42,702 nt of DNA from Candidatus Moranbacteria bacterium GW2011_GWC2_37_8 (GCA_000992165.1 LBTS01000001.1:705-43406), one strand, 5' to 3'; shown: positions 1-9,153, numbered from the stretch's first letter. Notes: a model not told the origin generated them from the letters alone. Numbers and translations: made by a program.

Positions 1-606
1 ATTAAGCCTGGTGAGGAATTTTCTTTCGTAAAACATCTCGGAGAAGTAGATGGCGAACACGGCTATTTACCCGAACTGGTTATTAAAAAAAATAAAACTG
101 AAGCTGAATTTGGCGGCGGTATTTGCCAAGTGTCGTCAACTGCTTTTAGAGCTGCAATTTATTCTGGTCTCAAGATTACAGCTCGCCGCAATCACGCTTA
201 TCCTGTTTCCTATTACAATCCACAAGGGATGGATGCCACTGTCTATGTGCCCAACCCAGACATGAAGTTTTTAAATAACACCCCAGGCTACATATTAATT
301 CAAACAAAGATTGAAGGAACCCAATTAACCTTTTCCTTTTACGGAACAAATGACGGACGCACCATTAACATTGATGGACCAAGAATCATTGAAAAACAAC
401 CAGATGGTTCACTTAAAGCAACTTTTACTCAAAATGTTATTACTAAGGATGGCACGGAGATTATAAATGACATTTTCAACAGCTCATACGACTCTCCTTA
501 TAGATATCCTCATCCAGGCGGACCAATACTAACTGTAAAGCCTGCCAACTGGTCTGCAGACGAATGGAAGGCATACAAGAAGGCTGCCAAAATAGCTCAA
601 CAATAG
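1..606 (+). CDS. VanW domain-containing protein (5' end outside window)
   Basis: Frame 1 is open from nt 1 (IKPGEEFSFVKHLGEVDG...). VanW-type motif EFGGGICQVSSTAFRAA plus HAYPVSYY. Stop at 604-606. Confidence 0.8.
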   Translation: MKPGEEFSFVKHLGEVDGEHGYLPELVIKKNKTEAEFGGGICQVSSTAFRAAIYSGLKITARRNHAYPVSYYNPQGMDATVYVPNPDMKFLNNTPGYILIQTKIEGTQLTFSFYGTNDGRTINIDGPRIIEKQPDGSLKATFTQNVITKDGTEIINDIFNSSYDSPYRYPHPGGPILTVKPANWSADEWKAYKKAAKIAQQ

Positions 607-661
607 ACGTTTAAACTAAGGAGTCTTAACAAACAGATAGCTTTATCAGTATCCGGTAGGG

Positions 662-690
662 TTGACGCTTGATAATTAAACTGATATAAT
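662..690 (+). promoter_or_regulatory. sigma70-type promoter of the tRNA cluster
   Basis: TTGACG (662-667), 17-nt spacer, TATAAT (685-690), about 22 nt upstream of tRNA-Lys. Confidence 0.6.
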
Positions 691-712
691 TGGTTCGATG
701 TTCCAATTTCTT

Positions 713-785
713 GGGTTATTAGCTCAGTTGGTAGAGCAGCGGCCTCTTAAGCCGACGGTCGCAGGTTCGAATCCTGCATAACCCA
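713..785 (+). tRNA. tRNA-Lys (anticodon CUU)
   Basis: 73-nt hand-folded cloverleaf: acceptor GGGTTAT/ATAACCC, anticodon loop CTCTTAA, T-loop TTCGAAT. No encoded CCA. Confidence 0.9.
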
Positions 786-814
786 CAAAGTATTTCCACA
801 GGGAGGAAAGAATT

Positions 815-886
815 GCCCCCATAGCTCAACGGATAGAGCAACAGCCTTCTAAGCTGAAGATCTAGGTTCGATTCCTGGTGGGGGTA
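815..886 (+). tRNA. tRNA-Arg (anticodon UCU)
   Basis: 72-nt cloverleaf: acceptor GCCCCCA/TGGGGGT, anticodon loop CTTCTAA, T-arm CTAGG-TTCGATT-CCTGG. No encoded CCA. Confidence 0.9.
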
Positions 887-1021
887 CAAAATGGATATTT
901 TGACACCCAGCAGGAATCGAACAGGAAAGGGTTCGGGAAAACCTAGGTTTTCCCGGAGCGGAAGCTTGAAACCGCTGGGTTTCAAAGAGCGAAGCGAGTG
1001 AGATTTTCCTGGTGGGGGTAC
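872..1021 (+). repeat. 16-nt direct duplication of the tRNA-Arg(UCU) 3' end flanking a hairpin-rich insert
   Basis: TTCCTGGTGGGGGTAC at 872-887 and 1006-1021. Between them are a perfect 20-nt palindrome (GGGAAAACCTAGGTTTTCCC, 935-954) and an 8-bp hairpin (966-985). Confidence 0.8.
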
Positions 1022-1139
1022 GTGATTGAATAAATTTTTAATTTTAAATTTCCAATTTTTAAACAATCCAATTTATTGGATATTCATTGAAAATTGTGAA
1101 TTGGAAATTGAAAATTCCATGCTTTTGCATGGCATATAT

Positions 1140-1212
1140 GGCGGGTATCGTCTAGCGGCTAAGACATCGGTTTGTGGTACCGAGAATCTGGGTTCGATTC
1201 CCAGTACTCGCC
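1140..1212 (+). tRNA. tRNA-His (anticodon GUG) with encoded G-1
   Basis: Extra G at 1140 opposite discriminator C1212. Acceptor GCGGGTA/TACTCGC, anticodon loop TTGTGGT. Confidence 0.9.
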
Positions 1213-1296
1213 CCTGTATAGATTTCTCATGTTTATTTCTTCGAAGGGCTAAACATGCATCAGATTTGCTTCATTCATTGCCTATGCAATGATTTT

Positions 1297-1369
1297 GCGC
1301 CCGTAGCTCAACGGATAGAGTACTTGGCTTCGAACCAAGGGGTTGTAGGTTCGAGTCCTGCCGGGCGCA
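1297..1369 (+). tRNA. tRNA-Arg (anticodon UCG)
   Basis: 73-nt cloverleaf: acceptor GCGCCCG/CGGGCGC, anticodon loop CTTCGAA. No encoded CCA. Confidence 0.9.
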
Positions 1370-1379
1370 CAGAATTTTA

Positions 1380-1404
1380 AAAATCCCAGTTTGCCTGGGA
1401 TTTT
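1380..1404 (+). terminator. rho-independent terminator after the tRNA cluster
   Basis: AAAATCCCAG / CTGGGATTTT stem with a 5-nt loop. Confidence 0.6.
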
Positions 1405-1419
1405 AAAATGCGTACAAAG

Positions 1420-1451
1420 AAAAAATCTCCAATTCATTTGGAGATTTTTTT
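1420..1451. terminator. bidirectional terminator hairpin
   Basis: A-run, TCTCCAA / TTGGAGA stem, T-run. Lies between the tRNA cluster (+) and the end of the pilus operon (-). Confidence 0.6.
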
Positions 1452-1474
1452 ATTCTTGCAAACTATCAAACAAC

Positions 1475-1810
1475 TCAATAATGCTTGAAAACATCTTTTA
1501 TCGGTTGATATTCATTTGTGTTTTCTAAATTTCGCCTCTGTATCTCTTTACTTATCTCATTAAATTCATTCTCCTTAAACTCAACACTTTTATTTTGTGA
1601 ATCAAGATATTCCTGTTTTCTTTGTTGACTCCAACCAGCCCCAAGCAAACTTTGCTGCCAAATTTTCCAACCAATAAGAATAGAGACTATCAAAAGAATG
1701 AAAAAAACAGCCATGCGAGTTTTCGCCCAAACGCTTGCAATCATTTGACACAAGGAAGTCGCACTCAGCTTTGCACCACCCTTTGAAGATATTTTGAAAT
1801 TTAAGTTCAT
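1475..1810 (-). CDS. small membrane protein, last gene of the pilus operon (unknown function)
   Basis: 111-aa ORF with one central TM segment (MAVFFILLIVSILIGW). Follows pilO on the same strand. No recognisable domain. Confidence 0.5.
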   Translation of the reverse strand: MNLNFKISSKGGAKLSATSLCQMIASVWAKTRMAVFFILLIVSILIGWKIWQQSLLGAGWSQQRKQEYLDSQNKSVEFKENEFNEISKEIQRRNLENTNEYQPIKDVFKHY

Positions 1811-1843
1811 ATGTCTAACTTTTTTTATTCTTATTTAGTGCGG

Positions 1844-2512
1844 TTATTCAGTGTAAAAAACAACATCCAAAGTAGCTTCCAGTTTGCCGTTTTTATTTTG
1901 TGAATCTCTAGAATCACCAGATTCATTAAAGGGATTACCCTGCGATGATTTAGAAGAAGTAACTTCAGTACTGTTCCTAATCTGCAGCCCAACTATGTCA
2001 CAATAATATTCAAAATTCTCAAGTGATTTCACAAATCTCCCTATAGTATTAAAGTCTCCATTTAACACTATTTCAAATTGAAGATAATTTTCGTTTGGCA
2101 GGTCATTCGTCAAGACATCTTCTTGCACTTTTTTAGATTTACTTGCACTTTTTGCCACTGCTTGCTGATCTTGAACCGTAATCGTGATGATGTTCCCACT
2201 TTGAGCAGCCAAACTTTCCAATTTTTCAATCAATGTAACGGCATATTCCTTGTCTAATAAAATATCCGTAATGGTAGCATTTTCAAGAATTTTGTATTGT
2301 TCCTGAATCTTAGGAAGCTCGTCGATATTTTTTTTGCTGCTCTCCTGCTTTATCTGTTCCTCCTGAATCTTATCTTTAACATTACTAATCTTATTCATCA
2401 AAGGAAAAACAACGCCGTAAACAAGCACTGCAAGAAGCACTATATAGAAGAATATAGCTAAAATTTCACGTTGATTTTTTAAAAAATTTTTCATCTCTAT
2501 TTTTTTAGGCAA
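1844..2512 (-). CDS. pilO: PilO-like type IV pilus assembly protein
   Basis: N-terminal TM then coiled coil. Overlaps the stop of the PilN-like gene and sits in pilM-N-O order. Confidence 0.6.
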   Translation of the reverse strand: MPKKIEMKNFLKNQREILAIFFYIVLLAVLVYGVVFPLMNKISNVKDKIQEEQIKQESSKKNIDELPKIQEQYKILENATITDILLDKEYAVTLIEKLESLAAQSGNIITITVQDQQAVAKSASKSKKVQEDVLTNDLPNENYLQFEIVLNGDFNTIGRFVKSLENFEYYCDIVGLQIRNSTEVTSSKSSQGNPFNESGDSRDSQNKNGKLEATLDVVFYTE

Positions 2513-3048
2513 TCTTTAATAACAACAAAATCCATTTGAAAATCAACATTATCTTTCACAACCAGGTTAGACAAAGGAACGTTCACGTCCTTAAAGCAGT
2601 CTGAATTATCCAGATTATTTTTTAAAGCCAAAAGATTATCCCTTGACCTAGCCTTTCCCAATAAAAATATTTGATAATTTTTTGTGGAAAAATCACTAAT
2701 ATAAACACCCTCCGGCACAACACTGCCGAGTTCATCCAGAACATTCAACCAATGCAGATGGCTGCTTTGTATTTTCGACAAAATATCAATTGAAGCATTA
2801 ACTTTTTTAAATTTCTCTTCGTAATTATTCAATTCTTGATATTTATCTTGAGACTTATTCACCGAACTTAGCGTGACAGAAGAATTGTATTGAAAGTTAA
2901 GAAGATAATAAATATTCAACAATAGCGCGATAAAAATAACAAGCGGCACCAAAAACAACATTTCTTCATGCAAAATCCTGCGAAATATTTTTGATCTTCG
3001 CAGTTCATTTTTTTTCTCTTGTGGCAACAAATCAAGATAGATCTTCAT
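2497..3048 (-). CDS. pilN: PilN-like fimbrial assembly protein
   Basis: Starts IYLDLLPQEKK (PilN 'INLLP' type motif), then a single TM. Overlaps pilM by 17 nt. Confidence 0.7.
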   Translation of the reverse strand: MKIYLDLLPQEKKNELRRSKIFRRILHEEMLFLVPLVIFIALLLNIYYLLNFQYNSSVTLSSVNKSQDKYQELNNYEEKFKKVNASIDILSKIQSSHLHWLNVLDELGSVVPEGVYISDFSTKNYQIFLLGKARSRDNLLALKNNLDNSDCFKDVNVPLSNLVVKDNVDFQMDFVVIKDCLKK

Positions 3049-4138
3049 AATGTAATCCTTTTAACGCTAGACCAATAGCTGTTGAGTATTGAACTGATTG
3101 GCTTTTCTCAATGGCTGGCAATTCTTTTCCAATTTTCATATTTATCCAGGGATTTCCAAATTCAATCGTTCTGCCTAATTTTTTTGATAAATAAGGCACG
3201 ATACCTTTAGTGTTTGCTCCGCCGCCACAAATAATAATCTTATCGATACTCTTAGAATATTTCAGTCCTGTCAGATAAAAATCTATCGATTGGTCAATTT
3301 CCTGAGCAAAATTTTCCAAAATTGGCTTGGATAATTTAAAGATAGCATCATTTTTAAAATCATTCCCAATTCCATATGAAATCTTAATCTTCTCCGCCTC
3401 TTCAAACGAAACGTTCATTCCTTTTGAAATTGCATCCGTAAGGGACTGCCCGCAAAGAGGAATGCTCGAAGTGAAACATGGAACACCACCTTTCGTCACG
3501 GAAAAACTCGTTCTCCTATCTCCGATATCTACGACTAAAACAGTTTCTTCATTATTACTTTCCAGTAGCAAGCTCCTAGCTTGTGCAATTGATTCAATTT
3601 CAAGACCAACAGGATCAAGTCCAGCCAATTCCAACGTTTCAATCGCCAAGTCAACGACATTTTTTGAAATTGCCACAACCAAAAGGCTTATTTTGTTTTT
3701 TTCAGGAAAAAGATTTTCTGGAATAATCTGCCAATCGTAATAGACTTGTTCTAATGGAAGCGGGATATTAGCTTCCATCTCCCATTTGACTGCTTCTTTT
3801 ATTTCAGACTCATCCATCTTTGGCACAGAAATGATACGCAAAAAAGCTTTTGTTTCAGGCAGTGAGCAAATAACCTTTTTAGTTTTTATTTTATTAGGTG
3901 ACGCTATTTCAATGGCTTTTTTAATAGCAGCAATGACTTGATCCTTATTTTGAATCTCTCCATCACTAATACAATTAGCTGGAATAGGCACTGAGCAATA
4001 ACTTGAAATACTATCTATCGAACCATTATTTTCAATTTGCACAGCCTTAATAGAAAGATCACTAAGATCTAAACCAAAGACATTGGAATCATCATTAAAA
4101 ATTTTTTTATTTAAAAAAGACATCGTTGCGTGAATCAT
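3032..4138 (-). CDS. pilM: type IV pilus assembly ATPase-fold protein PilM
   Basis: Actin-like fold signatures FGLDLSDLSIKAV, VVDIGDRRTS, IIICGGGAN. The start may be the internal Met at 4123. Confidence 0.85.
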   Translation of the reverse strand: MIHATMSFLNKKIFNDDSNVFGLDLSDLSIKAVQIENNGSIDSISSYCSVPIPANCISDGEIQNKDQVIAAIKKAIEIASPNKIKTKKVICSLPETKAFLRIISVPKMDESEIKEAVKWEMEANIPLPLEQVYYDWQIIPENLFPEKNKISLLVVAISKNVVDLAIETLELAGLDPVGLEIESIAQARSLLLESNNEETVLVVDIGDRRTSFSVTKGGVPCFTSSIPLCGQSLTDAISKGMNVSFEEAEKIKISYGIGNDFKNDAIFKLSKPILENFAQEIDQSIDFYLTGLKYSKSIDKIIICGGGANTKGIVPYLSKKLGRTIEFGNPWINMKIGKELPAIEKSQSVQYSTAIGLALKGLHYEDLS

Positions 4139-4271
4139 TAATCAAGAATTATGAATCATTAAAAATTCAATAATCCTTGTTTATCTTTTTATTTTTACTT
4201 CTTACTTTTTATTATAACTTATTTTATCTTTTTATTCCATGAATCATAATTCGTGATTCGTGATTCATGAG
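4130..4271. repeat. intergenic word repeats, GAATCAT/ATGATTC family
   Basis: GTGAATCATTA / ATGAATCATTA at 4130-4161. CATGAATCATAATTCGTGATTCGTGATTCATGA at 4239-4270. Upstream of pilM. Confidence 0.7.
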
Positions 4272-4273
4272 TT

Positions 4274-5779
4274 CTAAAGCTCATTCCAAAGATCTATCGT
4301 ATAGTATACATCACTAGGAAAAAATGGTGGTGGATTCATGTATAAAAAATTATCATATTCTATATTCTTAACTTGAAAACCGACTTTGTCTGTGCCATTA
4401 CAATCTTTTGAAGCAGTAAACTCTATGAATTTATTTGAAACGACTGAGCCATACAAATCTAGTCTGTTTTTTTGAACTTCACATCCACCTCCACAACAAT
4501 GGGGATTAAAATCCTGCTTACCAATCATTCCATCCTTAGCAACCATGGCGGCATCAATTTCCAAATCATCGCAATCAGCCCCACAATTTTTCTTTTCACT
4601 AGTTAGAAGTATATTTCGCTTAGCAATAAGCCCTACAGCATCAGTGCCATCCCTGTTGGTATATCTCAAATTTCCACTTCCGATATAGATATCGCCAACG
4701 CCTTCTCCTGCAGCTATTGTCACCCTGTCCCCATCAACCGTTCCGTCAACCCAAACATTTCCACCCACAAAAATTATTCCGTCATCGGGAATAGTCTTTG
4801 TTTGTTTTGTAGCGGCATCTTCATTCTTAATGTCATTGGAATTATTCTTTACATCCTTAACTGTCACGATATCAAATTGTCCATCAGTGCGAAGTGTGAG
4901 ATGTTTTCCAGCTTTACCAGCTGGAACATTAAAATAACAATGATCATCCAAACAATTATTAACTATCGTATCATTGGGAGCTTGCGCATATTTTTTCATC
5001 ACATTAAGATCGACAGCTATACCTGCGAAATCCTTCTGCGGAACAGGGAATTTTTTTCCACCAAGAAATACGCAGCTACTTTTATCTGCGTTATATTCGC
5101 AATTTGGAAGTGGAAATACGCCAAGAGGTTGCGAACTCCAAACACCAACATGGTCCTGACCAGTAATCGGATCGAAATATGTCGAAGATCCAGCATAAAC
5201 TCTGCCATGAGATATGCCATCAAAACGGACTCCGGTGTTGCTCATAATGCGTCCTTTAATATCCCAGTTTGAATCGAAATTTGCATACTCGTTACTAAGA
5301 ACTACATAGTCACTCCATGAAGTCCTCCTGAACCTGACTTTTATTTTTTTCTTAATATTAGGATTATCCAAAGAGGAAGCTTCGAATTCAACAACTATTG
5401 GTGTGTTTGTCGAGACAGTAGCGTTTGTTATAAGTGCACTACAATAGCCTATCGTCGTACCAGCGCTTGTCTTCACATCCCATGTGTAGGGCTCATCCAA
5501 TCCGCGCGGTTTTGGATCAGTCTCGCTCCAAAATTCAGCCACTTCTTCAATTGTATGGCCATCCGTGTTATGAGCAAGATACCAGCGATATTCATTAGAA
5601 CAAGCTTCAGCCATTTGAAAGGCTTTCTCTCTGGCAACCGCGTCATAGCCTGACCTTGCCTGAGAAGCAATCAACTGAACCAAACCAACCAAAAGAATTG
5701 AAACGAATGTCACAATTCCAAGTGCATAAACAAGCACCGATCCTTTGTATGTTTTATTTCGCATAAATTTAAGACTCAT
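4274..5779 (-). CDS. large PilX-N-like pilus-associated protein
   Basis: N-terminal hydrophobic segment GSVLVYALGIVTFVSILLVGLVQLIAS without a G/F cleavage motif, as in PilX_N. Cys-rich C-terminal region. Overlaps the upstream pseudopilin gene. Confidence 0.6.
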   Translation of the reverse strand: MSLKFMRNKTYKGSVLVYALGIVTFVSILLVGLVQLIASQARSGYDAVAREKAFQMAEACSNEYRWYLAHNTDGHTIEEVAEFWSETDPKPRGLDEPYTWDVKTSAGTTIGYCSALITNATVSTNTPIVVEFEASSLDNPNIKKKIKVRFRRTSWSDYVVLSNEYANFDSNWDIKGRIMSNTGVRFDGISHGRVYAGSSTYFDPITGQDHVGVWSSQPLGVFPLPNCEYNADKSSCVFLGGKKFPVPQKDFAGIAVDLNVMKKYAQAPNDTIVNNCLDDHCYFNVPAGKAGKHLTLRTDGQFDIVTVKDVKNNSNDIKNEDAATKQTKTIPDDGIIFVGGNVWVDGTVDGDRVTIAAGEGVGDIYIGSGNLRYTNRDGTDAVGLIAKRNILLTSEKKNCGADCDDLEIDAAMVAKDGMIGKQDFNPHCCGGGCEVQKNRLDLYGSVVSNKFIEFTASKDCNGTDKVGFQVKNIEYDNFLYMNPPPFFPSDVYYTIDLWNEL

Positions 5780-6380
5780 TTAAATTTCGAAGTTCAACGA
5801 CAGATTCAAGATTGACATTTTCAGGAGCGACAATTGGTCTGATATTTATCCAGAGATGCAAGCGCACCAAGCGTGTATCATACGCAGTAGGAGAAGACAT
5901 GGCATCTTCAGTAAGGATTGGAAATCTGTTGTCATAATATGAAAAGAAAGGTTTTGATGTTGTTAGGTTAGTAACATAATTCAAAAGCACTTCAACAGTT
6001 GCATCATCTGCCGCATATGAACCATCAACAAATTTTGTGACTCCTTTTTTAAGTTTTTCTTCATTATCGACAAAGTAATGGACTCTCTCAGCACTGCCAT
6101 CACCATCCTCATCCCTGTAAACTATCATGGAATACTCCTCAGTTTCTTTGATTGGGTAAGATCCATCATCACCTTGCCTTATAGCTCGCAGCTCATGCAC
6201 AAGTTGAGTGATGACTCTTGAAGCTGAAGCAGTCGCAGTCGCTTGTTCAAGAACATATCCTTTATAATTCCAAGCTCTTGCTGATAGAAGCGTGAATGCG
6301 ACCATGCCCAAGCTTAAGATAGTTATTGCGACAAGCAATTCAACCAATGACATCCCCTTTTTTATACTGTGTTTTTTCAT
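5769..6380 (-). CDS. prepilin-type N-terminal cleavage/methylation domain protein (pseudopilin)
   Basis: Class III signal KKG|MSLVELLVAITILSLGM. ATGA overlap with the upstream gene. Confidence 0.8.
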   Translation of the reverse strand: MKKHSIKKGMSLVELLVAITILSLGMVAFTLLSARAWNYKGYVLEQATATASASRVITQLVHELRAIRQGDDGSYPIKETEEYSMIVYRDEDGDGSAERVHYFVDNEEKLKKGVTKFVDGSYAADDATVEVLLNYVTNLTTSKPFFSYYDNRFPILTEDAMSSPTAYDTRLVRLHLWINIRPIVAPENVNLESVVELRNLNES

Positions 6381-7747
6381 AATGGATTAATTGTAATATC
6401 TTTTTCCGTAAGATTAGACACTATTATATCATCCTCCTTAGTCTCATATCCCGCCGCCTGCACAGTTATATGATATTGCACATTTTGAAGAGGAGCAACG
6501 ATATCTCTTGGAAAATATACCTGCCCGAATTGATCCGTAATTAAAGTCTGTTCATAGGAAAGACTTTCATTTTCAACCGTCACGGTTGCATCTGAAATAG
6601 GTGTTGGCGGCATTGTTGCCGGTATATCAGTATAGTCAACAACTCTTAAAAACAATGCTGGCGTATCTTTAGGCACTAAAATAGCATTGACATCCGTAAC
6701 GACTCCGGGATTAGCAGTAAAGATTGTAGATTTAAGACCGAATGATGGCTCAACTTTCCAAAATTTATAACCATCATTATTAGTTGATGTCAGATATTCA
6801 AAAGTGTATTCACCGAAGCTTTCATCACTAAAAATAAATGAGCCAGCTGCGTCACTGCTGTGATTAGTTTTAACATAAGAATAAACAGGACCAGTATTAC
6901 CAAGAATTCGGCCACCCTCCAGCGAAAAATCAATATTTCCAATACTATTCCCCAAGGGATCAACAGTCCTGAGCTGCAAAGAGGCTGCCAGGTCAAAATA
7001 TATTGTCTTTGAGGAAATTCCAGCCAAGGTGACACTACCATGCAAATCTATCGGCTCATAAGAATTGACGGGATATGGAGGCATAGTGTCAACTGGATAA
7101 TATCCATTCTTTCTCACGATAATCTTGTATTTGTTGTTTCCTATCGCATATCCCGGAAGATAAACCTTTCCATTATCTAAAGTGTCTGTCGTATGCAGCA
7201 AAGCATCAGTGTCGGCATCTCTGATTTCAACCCTAGCACCTTCAACTGGTATTCCTGCGCTACTTATTATATTGATGCTTAAAATTCCTCCATTATATAA
7301 TTCCTCTGTTCCAGGCGGAGCGATATGTGAATACATGGTAATCTTCTTGGTTTCTCCTCCACTCAACCAACTGACTATCACCTCCACATGCTTATAATCG
7401 CCATCTTTCAAGTCAGACGAAGGATCGTTTTGGTCAGGATTATCATAATCGTCATTGGAATACGTGATATTAGTAACTACATTAAAACTAACACTACTCC
7501 TATCGATAGTCTTATTATTTTTAATTGGACCATCTTCAGTGGATTCGAGATTTTCATAGGCAACATTACGCAGTATTTCAAACTGTTCATTGGCAACTTG
7601 CGAAGCGGAAATTCTAGCCTTAGCATCTCTTAAAACGTTAGCACCACTGGCGAAAGTCCTATAAAAAGTAACGACCACTATCACCACAATCAAAGAAAAA
7701 ATCAAGGCTTCCACTAAAGTGAAACCTTTTTTATTTTTTATTTCCAT
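6377..7747 (-). CDS. large prepilin-type protein with carboxypeptidase-regulatory-like beta-sandwich repeats
   Basis: MEIKNKKG|FTLVEALIF prepilin signal, start taken at the Met at 7747. Segments such as GIPVEGARVEIRD...TDTLDNGKVYLP...YKIIVRKNGYY resemble CarboxypepD_reg domains. Confidence 0.75.
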   Translation of the reverse strand: MEIKNKKGFTLVEALIFSLIVVIVVVTFYRTFASGANVLRDAKARISASQVANEQFEILRNVAYENLESTEDGPIKNNKTIDRSSVSFNVVTNITYSNDDYDNPDQNDPSSDLKDGDYKHVEVIVSWLSGGETKKITMYSHIAPPGTEELYNGGILSINIISSAGIPVEGARVEIRDADTDALLHTTDTLDNGKVYLPGYAIGNNKYKIIVRKNGYYPVDTMPPYPVNSYEPIDLHGSVTLAGISSKTIYFDLAASLQLRTVDPLGNSIGNIDFSLEGGRILGNTGPVYSYVKTNHSSDAAGSFIFSDESFGEYTFEYLTSTNNDGYKFWKVEPSFGLKSTIFTANPGVVTDVNAILVPKDTPALFLRVVDYTDIPATMPPTPISDATVTVENESLSYEQTLITDQFGQVYFPRDIVAPLQNVQYHITVQAAGYETKEDDIIVSNLTEKDITINPL

Positions 7748-7842
7748 CTCCCTGATAACCATAAGTATAGTATTAACTAGAATGACAAAATGTAGACACG
7801 AGGCAAGCTTCGGCGAATTAACCTCAGAGGGATTAAAAAATT

Positions 7843-9069
7843 CTATTTAATATTATCCAGCATGCTATACATCGGCATAAGCATAGCTACCGCAAAAAAC
7901 CCAACAGCCGCTCCAATGACAACCATAAGCAAAGGTTCTATGACAGCTGAAAGATTTTTTGTTATCTGGTCAACTTCATCTTCATAAAATTCAGCCAACT
8001 GCAGCAGCACTACTTCCGTCTTACCAGTCTCTTCTCCAACTTGAACAATTTGCGAAACCAAAACTGGAAAAATGTCACCATGATCAGAAAGAATCTTGCT
8101 TAGACTCACACCTTTTTGAATATCCTCCACACTGCCGATTAAAACTTGTTGGTAGTAATGATTAGTTAGAGTCCTGGAAATAATTTTTAGGGCATCCACG
8201 GCGCCAACGCCACTCTTAAGAAGTGAGCTATAAATCCTAGCGAAACGTGCGCAATTCATCTGCTTTATTAATGGACTAAAAATTGGAAATTTGATTGCAA
8301 CCCAACTTACCGTTTTCTTACCACTCGGCTGTCTTAGGAAATATTGCAAAAATATCGCAACTGCAAAAAAGACAACTGCCACCATTAACCCATTGTTTTT
8401 CAATAAATTACTCATATCAACAATGAATTGTGTCATTGCTGGAAGTTTCGCATTCATATCTTTAAAGACACCCATCAATTTTGGAAGCACATATGTCAAC
8501 ATGATAATTCCAATAATAAACATCACCGTCAAAATAACCGCTGGATAAATCATGGCCCCTTTAACCTTACTTTTCAAGTCATGCTCCTTCTCTAGTTGTA
8601 CTGCCACGATTTTCAAAACTTCATCAAGATTTCCAGCTGTTTCTCCGACTCTAACCATATTAACAAAAAGTTCACCAAAAATATTTACATATTTTTCAAG
8701 ACCCTCACTCAAAGATTTCCCACTCTGTATTTCCTCATCAATATCTAAAAGAATTTTTTTAAATGATTTATTTTCTGTCTGAAGTGCCAAATTATTAACA
8801 GCGCGAGAAACCGTAAGTCCTGAAGCAACCATGATGCTTAAATTTCTTGCAAAAACCATTTTCTCTTTAAGTGGAATGGAAATGAATTTATCAAAAAAAT
8901 TAGTCTTTCCAGCTATTTTTGCTTCTTCTTCCTTAACTAATGAAATTGAAGTCACCAAATAACCTTCAGCTCGAAGTTGTTGAGCAACATTTTTTTCATC
9001 CTGAGCAACTATCTCTCCACCCTTAGTTTGCCCACTATAACTTTTGGCAGTATAAATAAATTTTGGCAC
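7843..9069 (-). CDS. pilC: type IV pilus platform protein PilC (T2SS F family)
   Basis: 408 aa with duplicated GspF-type domains and three TM regions. Sits directly downstream of pilB. Confidence 0.9.
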   Translation of the reverse strand: MPKFIYTAKSYSGQTKGGEIVAQDEKNVAQQLRAEGYLVTSISLVKEEEAKIAGKTNFFDKFISIPLKEKMVFARNLSIMVASGLTVSRAVNNLALQTENKSFKKILLDIDEEIQSGKSLSEGLEKYVNIFGELFVNMVRVGETAGNLDEVLKIVAVQLEKEHDLKSKVKGAMIYPAVILTVMFIIGIIMLTYVLPKLMGVFKDMNAKLPAMTQFIVDMSNLLKNNGLMVAVVFFAVAIFLQYFLRQPSGKKTVSWVAIKFPIFSPLIKQMNCARFARIYSSLLKSGVGAVDALKIISRTLTNHYYQQVLIGSVEDIQKGVSLSKILSDHGDIFPVLVSQIVQVGEETGKTEVVLLQLAEFYEDEVDQITKNLSAVIEPLLMVVIGAAVGFFAVAMLMPMYSMLDNIK

Positions 9070-9116
9070 GGACTTACTTACAACTTATAACTAATAACTT
9101 GCAACTCCTGGGTTGC

Positions 9117-9151
9117 GTTATTGGTTATTGGTTATTGGTTATTGGTTATTG
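9117..9151. repeat. five perfect tandem copies of heptamer GTTATTG
   Basis: Read directly. Lies between the pilB stop (9154-9156) and the pilC start (9069). Confidence 0.95.
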
Positions 9152-9153
9152 GT

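Noticed and set aside
897-1021. A fifth tRNA (or a long-variable-arm or intron-containing tRNA) between tRNA-Arg(UCU) and tRNA-His.
   Set aside because: Only 3'-end-like fragments are present. There is no matching 5' acceptor strand, D-arm or anticodon arm on either strand.
719-1292. ORFs 719-1066 (-) and 1026-1292 (+).
   Set aside because: They run across four tRNA genes and the intervening hairpins, so they are artefacts of the open frame.
3327-3740. Antisense or shadow ORFs inside well-supported genes. Examples: 3327-3740, 4802-5272, 7182-7633, 7959-8782, 9682-10785, 13291-13575, 15354-15689, 17577-18780, 31877-32401, 36323-36628, 37257-37902, 40259-40911.
   Set aside because: Each lies opposite or out of frame within a gene that has clear family motifs. 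Their products are low-complexity, with no start signals.
9117-9151. Possible CRISPR array, also considered for the other tandem word arrays at 12545, 35133, 37177 and 39554.
   Set aside because: The units are 7-9 nt with no unique spacers between them. No cas genes are present and no 24-48-nt repeat/spacer periodicity exists. These are microsatellite-like word repeats.
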